This document shows, in pieces, positions 56,171 to 64,000 of a stretch of 64,000 nt of DNA (the stretch's first letter is position 1; each line of letters starts with the position of its first letter). A model generated the notes under the pieces. It had not been told where the DNA came from. It saw only the letters and a list, made by a program, of their open reading frames with translations, and made no database searches. Source of the DNA: Wenzhouxiangella sp. (GTDB taxonomy: Bacteria; Pseudomonadota; Gammaproteobacteria; Xanthomonadales; Wenzhouxiangellaceae); contig JAZBPT010000044.1 in NCBI GenBank assembly GCA_036351755.1, forward strand, positions 2,685-66,684. The letters are read 5' to 3'. The position numbers and the translations under genes are program-made.

Positions 56171-58292
56171 AAGGGGGCGGCTGCGCATCCTGCGCGCGAT
56201 TCCCATCGCCGCCGTGCTGGTCCTGCTGCTTTCGGCCCTGTACCTGGTCTCGACCGTCGAGCAGGAAGCCACCCAGCTCGGCCGCCTGGCGCAGTGGATC
56301 TTCGCGCTGACCGGCGTGGCCGTGCTCGTGCTGCTGGGCGTGATCGTCGGCCGGGCCGTGCGCCTGTTCCGGCGCCTGAGGAGCGATGAGCCGGGTGCCC
56401 GCCTGACGGCTAGGCTGGTGGCGGTCTTCGTGGCGCTGACGCTGCCGCCGGTGGTCATTCTCTACCTGTTCGCGATCCAGTTTCTCAGCGACACGATCGA
56501 CGGCTGGATGGACACCCGCGCCGAGCAGGCCCTGGCCGACTCGATCGAACTGGGGCAGATGTTCCTCGAGCTGCGTACCCGCGACGTGCGCGACGAAATC
56601 GGCCGCCTGGCCGATCAGCTCGACACCGGCGACGAGGATCGCCTGTTCCGCCAGCTGCTCCGGCACGTTTCCAGCGCCGGGCCGACCGATCTTTCCGTGG
56701 TCGACGCATCCGGCTCCTCGACGGTCAGCGCGAGCATCGACCCGGGTCGCATCCTGCCCGAGAGACCGGGTGATTTCGCCCTGAGCCAGGCGCTGCAGGA
56801 CGAGGAGTATGCGGCGGCCGAGCCGACCGAGGACGGCATCCGCATCCGGGTCCTGCACAGCCTGGGCAACCGGACCCTCGGCGGCGACACCCTGCTGCTG
56901 CAGGCCATCTATCCCCTGCCTGAAGCCTTCAGTGACCTCGCCGGGCGAATCGAAAGCGCCTACCACCGTTACCAGAACGTCGCCTACCTGCGCGTGAGGC
57001 TGCAGCAGAGCCTGATCCTGATCCTTTCGTTGGTGCTGTTGCTGACCGTCCTGCTGGCGATGCTGCTGGCCTTCAACGCCGCGCGCCGGCTGACGCAGCC
57101 GATCCGCGAACTGGCCCAGGCCACCGAAGAGCTCGCTGCAGGTCGCTTCCCCGGAGACCTGGAAGTGACCAGCCGCGACGAACTCGGTTTCCTCGTCGGC
57201 TCCTTCAACACCATGACCCGCGAGCTTGCCAGCAGCCGCCAGCAGCTCGAGGCCCAGCGGCGCTATCTCGAGATCGTGCTGGGCCGCCTGTCGGCCGGCG
57301 TGCTCGCCATCGACGGCGACGATCGTATCAGCGCCTTCAACGACTCTGCTTCGCGCATTCTCGGCCTGGATGCCGACGCCGACAGCGGGCGCAAGCTCTC
57401 GGAAGTGGCGGAGCAGCGTCCAGAGCTGGCCCCGCTGGTCGAGCTGATCGTCGAGCGCCACGCCGCGCCGGGCGCCGACTGGCGCCAGGAGATCAAGCTC
57501 GGCACCGCCGAGCAGCCCCTGGTGCTGGTCTGCCGCGGCTCGGACCTGCCGGCCGAAACCGGTGGCCACGTGGTGGTCTTCGACGACGTCACCGTGCTCG
57601 ACCAGGCGCAGCGCGAAGCCGCCTGGGCCGAGGTGGCGCGGCGCCTGGCGCACGAGGTCAAGAACCCCCTGACGCCGATCCAGCTCGCGGCCGAGCGCCT
57701 GGCCTGGAAGCTCGAACCCGCCCTGGAGACCGACCAGCGCGATCTGCTCAAGCGCGCGACCACGACCATTCGCGCCCAGGTCGACGCCCTTCGCCGCCTG
57801 GTCGACAACTTCGGCGACTACGCGCGACCGGCACGGCTCAAGGCCGAGCAAGTCGACCCGAGGCGAATCATCAACGAAGTCGTGGATCTCTATGCCAGCG
57901 GCAATATGCCCATCCACTTCGACGTCAGCGCACCCGCTTCGCCGCTGCCCCTGACCGCCGACCCCGGCCAGCTCAGGCAGTTGCTGATCAACCTGGTGCG
58001 GAATTCGCAGGAAGCTCACCCCGAAGGCCAGCCGCGGATCGTCATCGAGCTGGCTGCCGCGAGCCGCCAGGGCAGTGACGGGGTCGAGCTGGTCTTGCGC
58101 GACGACGGACCCGGCTTTTCCACCGACGTGCTGGCTCGGATCTTCGAGCCCTATGTCACGACCAAGCCGCGCGGTTCGGGCCTCGGGCTGGCGATCGTGC
58201 GACGCATCGTCGAGGATCACGGCGGCAACATCTCGGTGGCCAACGCCGAGGATGGCGGCGCAGAGGTCCGGATCTGGCTTCCCGGCGGGTGA
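56160..58292 (+). CDS. NtrY-like sensor histidine kinase
   Basis: N-terminal TM helices, HAMP (DELGFL..SFN.M), PAS, ARRLAHEVKNPLTPIQL and ATPase boxes DDGPG, FEPY.TTK, GSGLGL. Confidence 0.92.
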   Translation: MIGRRGRLRILRAIPIAAVLVLLLSALYLVSTVEQEATQLGRLAQWIFALTGVAVLVLLGVIVGRAVRLFRRLRSDEPGARLTARLVAVFVALTLPPVVILYLFAIQFLSDTIDGWMDTRAEQALADSIELGQMFLELRTRDVRDEIGRLADQLDTGDEDRLFRQLLRHVSSAGPTDLSVVDASGSSTVSASIDPGRILPERPGDFALSQALQDEEYAAAEPTEDGIRIRVLHSLGNRTLGGDTLLLQAIYPLPEAFSDLAGRIESAYHRYQNVAYLRVRLQQSLILILSLVLLLTVLLAMLLAFNAARRLTQPIRELAQATEELAAGRFPGDLEVTSRDELGFLVGSFNTMTRELASSRQQLEAQRRYLEIVLGRLSAGVLAIDGDDRISAFNDSASRILGLDADADSGRKLSEVAEQRPELAPLVELIVERHAAPGADWRQEIKLGTAEQPLVLVCRGSDLPAETGGHVVVFDDVTVLDQAQREAAWAEVARRLAHEVKNPLTPIQLAAERLAWKLEPALETDQRDLLKRATTTIRAQVDALRRLVDNFGDYARPARLKAEQVDPRRIINEVVDLYASGNMPIHFDVSAPASPLPLTADPGQLRQLLINLVRNSQEAHPEGQPRIVIELAAASRQGSDGVELVLRDDGPGFSTDVLARIFEPYVTTKPRGSGLGLAIVRRIVEDHGGNISVANAEDGGAEVRIWLPGG

Positions 58293-58346
58293 TCGCTTGC
58301 TCGCTGGGGTATCCTCTCCTACCCCAATCGGTGCGAAAATGAATCC

Positions 58347-59696
58347 ATGAGTAGTGCGCGCATCCTGATCGTCGACGACGAGCCGGACATCCGCGAGATG
58401 ATCGGCGAGATCCTCCGAGATGAGGGCCACGAGATCACCGACGCCGGCAATGCCGCCGAGGCGCGCGAGCGCCTGCGCGAAGCCGCGCCGGACCTGATCC
58501 TGCTCGACGTGTGGATGCCCGACACCGACGGCATCAGCCTGCTGCGCGAATGGCGCGACGCGGGCGTGCTCAAGTGCCCCGTGGTCATGATCTCCGGCCA
58601 CGGCTCGGTCGAGACCGCCGTCGAGGCGACGCGCCTGGGCGCCTTCGATTTCATCGAGAAGCCCGTGTCGATGGCGCGGCTGATGGTGACCATCGAGAAC
58701 GCGCTGGAGGCCGGGCGACTCAAGCGCGAGAATGAGGGGCTCAAGCGTAACCAGCCGGCCGTGCTCGAGCCGCTGGGGCGTTCGGCCGTGGTCCAGCAAC
58801 TGCGGCAGCGACTCGAGCGCGTGGCCCAGCACGAGGCCCCTGTATTGATTGCCGGCGAGCCGGGCGTGGGCAAACAGGAGGCCGCACGCTGGATCCATGC
58901 CCACTCCCCGCGCAGCGAAGGGCCTTTCGTCAGTGCCGCCACCCGCGTCGACAGTGCGTCATTCAAGACCATGCTGCTCGGCGAGAACGGCAGCGACGGC
59001 CTGCTCGCCGAAGCGCAGGGCGGCGTGTTGTTCATCGACGACGTCTCACGCCTCGACCGGGGTGCCCAGACGGTGCTCCTGAAGGTCCTCGAGGCCGGGC
59101 GGATCGATCCCGAGCAGAGCGATAGCACCGCACTCGACCTGCGCGTGATCGCCGGCACCAGCCAGCCGCTGGAAAAGCTGGTGCGCGACGGTCGCTTCGA
59201 CGAGTCCCTGTTCTACCAGCTCAACGTCCTGCCGCTGGAGATTCCGCCGCTGCGCGAGCGCCAGGAAGACGTCCCCGACCTGGTGCGTTTCTACGCCGAG
59301 TATTACCCGGGCCGCGACGGCACCCCTTACCGGCATTTTCCGGTCGCCGTGCAAAACCGGCTTCGCCAGTACCACTGGCCCGGCAATCTCAGGGAACTGC
59401 GCAACCTCGTGCAGCGCCTGCTGATTCTCGGCGGCGGAGAGGAAGTGACCGTAGCCGAGGTCGAGGAGGCACTGGCGCAGTCCGACACCGGGGAGACCGT
59501 GGGCGACCGGAAAATGCCGGCGCTCTACAATATGCCCCTGCGCGAGGCCCGCGAGGAATTCGAGCGACAGTACCTGACTTTCAAGCTGCAGTCGGTCGAG
59601 GGCAGCGTGGGCAAGCTGGCCGAAATCGTCGAGATGGAGCGCACCCATCTCTATCGCAAGCTCAAGCAGCTGGGCATCGACCCGAAACAGTTCTAG
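58347..59696 (+). CDS. NtrX-like response regulator (REC-AAA+-HTH)
   Basis: REC domain (VDDE, LLDVWMP), Walker A GEPGVGK, WPGNLREL and HTH ERTHLYRKL. Confidence 0.92.
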   Translation: MSSARILIVDDEPDIREMIGEILRDEGHEITDAGNAAEARERLREAAPDLILLDVWMPDTDGISLLREWRDAGVLKCPVVMISGHGSVETAVEATRLGAFDFIEKPVSMARLMVTIENALEAGRLKRENEGLKRNQPAVLEPLGRSAVVQQLRQRLERVAQHEAPVLIAGEPGVGKQEAARWIHAHSPRSEGPFVSAATRVDSASFKTMLLGENGSDGLLAEAQGGVLFIDDVSRLDRGAQTVLLKVLEAGRIDPEQSDSTALDLRVIAGTSQPLEKLVRDGRFDESLFYQLNVLPLEIPPLRERQEDVPDLVRFYAEYYPGRDGTPYRHFPVAVQNRLRQYHWPGNLRELRNLVQRLLILGGGEEVTVAEVEEALAQSDTGETVGDRKMPALYNMPLREAREEFERQYLTFKLQSVEGSVGKLAEIVEMERTHLYRKLKQLGIDPKQF

Positions 59697-59717
59697 ATCC
59701 CGCAAGGGGAAAGAGCC

Positions 59718-61094
59718 ATGCAGATCATCATTCTCGGCGCAGGGCAGGTGGGGACCGGCATGGCCCGGAGCCTGTCGGCCGAGGACTTCGACATCACCGT
59801 GGTCGACACCGACCCCGAGCGCCTGCGCGAGCTGCAGGAAAAGCTCGATATCCGCACGGTGCTCGGCCACGCCGCCCACCCGGAGACGCTGATCCGCGCC
59901 GGCATCGAGGATGCCGACCTGCTGATCGCGCTGACCAATTCCGACGAGACCAACATGGTTGCCTGCCAGGTGGCCTACTCGCTGTTCAACACGCCGACCA
60001 AGGTCGCGCGCGTTCGGGCCAGCGACTACCTGGCGCACCCGGAGCTGTTCAACCGCGAAAACACGCCCATCGACGTGCTGATCAGCCCCGAGGGCCTGGT
60101 CACCGACCACATCCAGCGCCTGATCGACTACCCGGGCGCCCTGCAGGTACTCGATTTCGCCGACGGTCGCGCCCAGCTGGTCGGCACCCGCGCCTTCCAC
60201 GACGGCCCCTTGGTGGGGCATGAACTGCGCGCGCTGCGCGACAAGCTGCCCAAAGACGTCGACGCGCGCGTGGCCGCGATCTTCCGCAACGACGAGCCCA
60301 TCATTCCCGAGGGCGATACCGTCATCGAGGTCGACGACACAGTCTTCTTCCTGGCCGCGCGCAACGACATCCCGGTGGTGATGCGCGAACTCAGGCGAAT
60401 GAGCGAACCCGGCCACCGCATCCTGCTCGCCGGCGGCGGCAACATCGGCGCCAGCCTGGCGCGCCGGCTCGAGCGCAGCCATCACGTCAAGCTCATCGAG
60501 CGCGATCCCGTTCGCGCCGAGCGCATCGCCGAAGACGTCGACACCGCGATCGTGCTCGTCGGCGATTGTGCCGACGAAGACCTGCTGCACGAGGAGGGCA
60601 TCGACGAGACCGACGTCTACTGCGCCCTGACCAACGACGACGAGGCCAATATCCTCTCGTCGATGCTGGCCAAGCGCATGGGCGCCGACAAGGTCATCAC
60701 CCTGATCAACCGCCCGGCCTACGTCGACTTGGTCGAATCCGACCGCATCGACGTGGCGGTCAGCCCGCAGCAGGTCACCATCGGGGCGCTGCTGACGCAT
60801 ATCCGCAAGGGCCATATGGTGCGCGTGCATTCGCTCAGGCGCGGCGCGGCCGAGGCGATCGAGGCGGTCGCCCACGGCACGCCGGGGCAGTCCAAGGTGG
60901 TTGGCAAGCGCATCGATGAGATCGACCTGCCGCCGGCAACCACCATCGGCGGCATCATTCGCGGCGAGCAGGTGATCATCGCCCACCACGACGTGGTCAT
61001 CGAGACCGACGATCACGTCATCCTGTTCGTGGCCGACCAGCGTTCCATTCGCCGCGTGGAGCGCCTGTTCGCCGTCGAAGCCGTATTTGTCTAG
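59718..61094 (+). CDS. trkA: Trk system potassium transporter NAD-binding subunit
   Basis: Two RCK domains (GAGQVG, GGGNIG), DETNMVAC and RGAAEAIE. Confidence 0.95.
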   Translation: MQIIILGAGQVGTGMARSLSAEDFDITVVDTDPERLRELQEKLDIRTVLGHAAHPETLIRAGIEDADLLIALTNSDETNMVACQVAYSLFNTPTKVARVRASDYLAHPELFNRENTPIDVLISPEGLVTDHIQRLIDYPGALQVLDFADGRAQLVGTRAFHDGPLVGHELRALRDKLPKDVDARVAAIFRNDEPIIPEGDTVIEVDDTVFFLAARNDIPVVMRELRRMSEPGHRILLAGGGNIGASLARRLERSHHVKLIERDPVRAERIAEDVDTAIVLVGDCADEDLLHEEGIDETDVYCALTNDDEANILSSMLAKRMGADKVITLINRPAYVDLVESDRIDVAVSPQQVTIGALLTHIRKGHMVRVHSLRRGAAEAIEAVAHGTPGQSKVVGKRIDEIDLPPATTIGGIIRGEQVIIAHHDVVIETDDHVILFVADQRSIRRVERLFAVEAVFV

Positions 61095-61104
61095 CGCCGG
61101 CGTC

Positions 61105-62559
61105 ATGCAGTTTCGCGCCTACGCACCGGTCCAGCGCATCGTCGGCGTCCTGCTGGTCTTCCTGAGCCTGGGGTTCCTGCCGCCGTTGCTGTTCGCGATG
61201 TTCAGTCACGACGGGACCTTCAGCGCATTTGCCGTGAGTCTGTTGGTGGTCGCCGTTGCCGGCGTGGCGCTCTACCTGCCGGTCCGGCGCTCCCACCGGG
61301 ATCTGAGAATCCGCGACGGCTTCCTGGTGGTGGTGGCCTGCTGGGCCGCCGTCTGCCTGGCCGGGGCGGTGCCCTTCGTGCTGGCGATCGATGCCAGCAT
61401 CGCCGACGCGGTCTTCGAATCGACATCGGGCCTGACCACTACCGGGGCCACCGTGTTCACCGGCCTGGACGACATGCCGATCTCGATCCTGTGGTATCGG
61501 CAGCAGCTGCAGTGGATGGGCGGTCTGGGGATCATCGTCCTGGCCGTGGCCATCCTGCCCATGCTGCGCATTGGCGGGATGCAGGTCTACAAGGCCGAGG
61601 TCACCGGCCCGGTCAAGGAAAGCCGGCTGACGCCACGCATTGCCGAGACGGCCAAGGCCCTGTGGCTGATCTACATCGGCCTCACCGTGCTGTGCGCCGC
61701 CGCCTACTGGGCTGCCGGAATGTCCCTGTTCGACGCCGTCGGGCACAGTTTCTCGACCATCGCGACGGCGGGCTTCTCCACCCACGACGCTTCGATCGGC
61801 TACTTCGACAGCGCGCTGATCGACTGGCTGGCCGTTTTCTTCATCCTGGTCGCCAGCCTCAACTTCGGCCTGCACTACCTGGCCCTGCGTCGCGCAACGG
61901 CCCAGGTTTACCTGCGCGATCCCGAACTGAAGCTCTTCGTGCTGCTGCTGCTGATCATTTCCGCGGCAGCGACGCTCCTGCTTTGGCAACTCGACGTCTA
62001 TCCCTCGTTTTGGGAATCGCTGCGGCACGCCGTCTTCCAGTCGATTTCCTACATGACCACCACCGGATTCGCCACGGCCGAGGTCTACAACTGGCCGGGC
62101 ACCCTGCCGCTGTTGCTCTTGCTGATCAGTGCTTTCGGCGGCTGCGCCGGGGCGACCACCGGCGGCTTCAAGATCATCCGCGTCTACCTGCTCACCAAGC
62201 AGGGAATCCGAGAGCTCAAGCGCTTGATTCATCCGCGCTCGGTGGTACCCCTCAAGCTCGGCGGCCGCACGCTCAACCAGGAGGTGGCGAACGCGGTGTG
62301 GGGCTTCGTTTCGCTCTACATCCTCTGCGTGGTCGTGCTTACGCTGATCGTCTCGGGTATCGAGCACGATCTAGTGACCGCTGTTTCGATCGTGTTCTCC
62401 TCGCTCAACAACCTCGGCCCGGCCCTGGGCGAGGCCGGCGCCAACTACGGCGGCCTGGCCGACGCCACCAAATGGATCATGAGCTTCGCCATGCTGCTCG
62501 GCCGCCTGGAGATCTTCACCATCCTGGTCCTGCTCACGCCGACCTACTGGAAGCACTGA
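61105..62559 (+). CDS. trkH: Trk system potassium uptake membrane protein
   Basis: Motifs FESTSGLTTTGAT, QWMGGLGII, TAGFS, TTTGF, NNLGP and MLLGRLEIF. Confidence 0.95.
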   Translation: MQFRAYAPVQRIVGVLLVFLSLGFLPPLLFAMFSHDGTFSAFAVSLLVVAVAGVALYLPVRRSHRDLRIRDGFLVVVACWAAVCLAGAVPFVLAIDASIADAVFESTSGLTTTGATVFTGLDDMPISILWYRQQLQWMGGLGIIVLAVAILPMLRIGGMQVYKAEVTGPVKESRLTPRIAETAKALWLIYIGLTVLCAAAYWAAGMSLFDAVGHSFSTIATAGFSTHDASIGYFDSALIDWLAVFFILVASLNFGLHYLALRRATAQVYLRDPELKLFVLLLLIISAAATLLLWQLDVYPSFWESLRHAVFQSISYMTTTGFATAEVYNWPGTLPLLLLLISAFGGCAGATTGGFKIIRVYLLTKQGIRELKRLIHPRSVVPLKLGGRTLNQEVANAVWGFVSLYILCVVVLTLIVSGIEHDLVTAVSIVFSSLNNLGPALGEAGANYGGLADATKWIMSFAMLLGRLEIFTILVLLTPTYWKH

Positions 62560-62565
62560 CAGGAT

Positions 62566-62651
62566 GTTGACTCGTTCGCTGGTTGGCTGGTTAGCTAGTT
62601 GAACAAGCCAACAAGCCAACAAGCCAACAAGCCAACAAGCCAACAAGCCAA
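62566..62651. repeat. (AACAAGCC)x6 octamer repeat with a degenerate inverted arm
   Basis: Six perfect units at 62602-62649, preceded by the 8-bp-periodic GTTGACTC GTTCGCTG GTTGGCTG GTTAGCTA GTTG. Confidence 0.9.
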
Positions 62652-62659
62652 TAGTCGAA

Positions 62660-62968
62660 ATGAATCCCGAAGCCATCGAAAAAATGATCGAAGACGGCCG
62701 CGACACCTACGAGTCGCGGCTGGCGGCCGGGCAGGCGCGGCTGAAGGCCGGTGATGTCCCGGAAGCGATCGCGCACCTGGAAAAGGCCACCGGCCATGCG
62801 CCCGAGCACACCATGGCCTGGCAGGAGCTGGGCAAGGCCCTCAACGAGGCGGGTCAGCCCGAGGCCGCCCGCAAGGCCTGGGAAAAGGGGCTGGAGGCGG
62901 CGCAGGCCAACGGCGACAAGCAGGCCGAGAAGGTTTTGGGGGTCTTTCTCAAGCGCCTGGAGCGCTGA
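62660..62968 (+). CDS. Small TPR-repeat protein
   Basis: AGQARLKAGDVPEAIAHLEKA...AWQELGKALNEAGQPEAARKAWEKG. Confidence 0.8.
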   Translation: MNPEAIEKMIEDGRDTYESRLAAGQARLKAGDVPEAIAHLEKATGHAPEHTMAWQELGKALNEAGQPEAARKAWEKGLEAAQANGDKQAEKVLGVFLKRLER

Positions 62969-62972
62969 GCGA

Positions 62973-64000
62973 TCACTCTTCCTTGAGGACGTCGCCGGGA
63001 CGCAGGCGTGCTGCAGCGAGGGCCGGCTGCGCACTAGCCAGGAGCAGGATGCCCAGCAGCCCGGCGGCGACCGACAGCGCGACCAGTGTCGGCGAGACGT
63101 CGTCGATGAGGTAGCGATCGACCAGCCAGGTGGTGCCGATCAGGCCCAGCAGGCTGCCTACGACCAGTCCGGGCAGTCCCAGTTTCAGGCCCTGCAACAG
63201 AACGCGTCGCCGAACGGCGGCCGGCCCCGCGCCCAGCGACATGTGGATGGCCGTTTCCCGCCTTCCGGAATCGACCAGGAAGCGTTGCATGGCGAAGAAG
63301 CCGAACGCGGACATGAGCACGATGACGGCTCCGAACAGCACCGTGATGCGGGTCCGCGCCCGGTCCCTCTCGGTCAACTGCGCCATGATCTCGGTCAGCG
63401 GGCGAACGCTGACCACCTTCAGTTCGTCGAGGTGGGTGGTGAGCGCCTCGTCGATTTCCCGCTTCACGAGGGCTTCGTCGACATCGCCCCTGACGAGGCC
63501 CGCGTTCATGAACCCGGCGAAGCCCATGGCGCTTGAGAACACGAGCGGCACGGGCGGCTTTTCGGGATGTTCGTAGCGAACGTCTTCGACCACGCCGATG
63601 ATGCGTGAGTCCGCCTGGCCCGCTCCCGCCTGGTCCCTGCGCAGGAAGCGGCCGATGACGTTTTCCTCGCCCCAGGCCTGGCGGACGAACTCCCGGCTGA
63701 CGACCACGCCGGGCTCCGAGCCGCTCTCGAAGGTGCGGCCCTGCAGGATTTCGATGCCGAGCAGGTCGAAGAAGCCCGGTGCGACGTTGACGACTCGCGC
63801 ATTGAGCGATCGCTCGCCGATGCGGAAGGTGGAAATCGCATAGGCGCGCTGCCCCGGAACCGGGGAACCAAAGCTGATCTCTTCCACGCCGGGCAGCGAG
63901 CCCAGGCGTTCGCGGGCTTCGGCCCGAAACGAGAACTTGGCTTCGTCCGGGGGCGGCTGGAAGGTTCCGGTCGGAGGCGTCTTGAATCCCAAGGTGGTCA
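62973..64000 (-). CDS. ABC transporter permease, MacB/FtsX-like, 5' end truncated by the window edge
   Basis: Periplasmic core V.PGFFDLLGI.ILQGRTF and IIGVVEDVR. FtsX domain RRETAIHMSLGA and LRPGDVLKEE. Confidence 0.88.
   Translation of the reverse strand, partial: TTLGFKTPPTGTFQPPPDEAKFSFRAEARERLGSLPGVEEISFGSPVPGQRAYAISTFRIGERSLNARVVNVAPGFFDLLGIEILQGRTFESGSEPGVVVSREFVRQAWGEENVIGRFLRRDQAGAGQADSRIIGVVEDVRYEHPEKPPVPLVFSSAMGFAGFMNAGLVRGDVDEALVKREIDEALTTHLDELKVVSVRPLTEIMAQLTERDRARTRITVLFGAVIVLMSAFGFFAMQRFLVDSGRRETAIHMSLGAGPAAVRRRVLLQGLKLGLPGLVVGSLLGLIGTTWLVDRYLIDDVSPTLVALSVAAGLLGILLLASAQPALAAARLRPGDVLKEE

Overview
High-GC, gene-dense chromosomal segment of a Gammaproteobacterium. The gene content and synteny (ectoine genes, def-fmt-rsmB-ntrYX-trkAH, smg-dprA-topA) suggest a halophilic Wenzhouxiangella-like organism; this is inference. 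Most of the window is housekeeping: apaH, aroE, hemB, dusB, engB, cytochrome c4, dsbA, slt, cca, an RND pair, rppH, recQ, hemH, tatABC, ectR-ask-ectABC, alkB, hemF, topA, dprA, def, fmt, rsmB, ntrY/ntrX-like and trkAH. The standout is a four-gene minus-strand locus at 23190-27863. It holds a split-borosin RiPP pair, namely a SonM/OphMA-type backbone alpha-N-methyltransferase and a 70-aa SonA-like precursor with a His-rich C-terminal core. The precursor gene sits between two paralogous signal peptide-TPR-TM-GGDEF diguanylate cyclases, which suggests an N-methylated-peptide / c-di-GMP signalling module. Smaller points of interest are a RelE/ParE toxin-antitoxin pair beside a REP remnant and a lower-GC TPR gene, an intrinsic terminator between ectB and ectC, an IPTL-CTERM-like surface protein, and several intergenic 7-8 bp tandem-repeat/hairpin elements, one of which supplies the RppH C-terminus. 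No rRNA, tRNA, CRISPR array or transposase was recognised. Family assignments come from motif recognition only; no database search was run.
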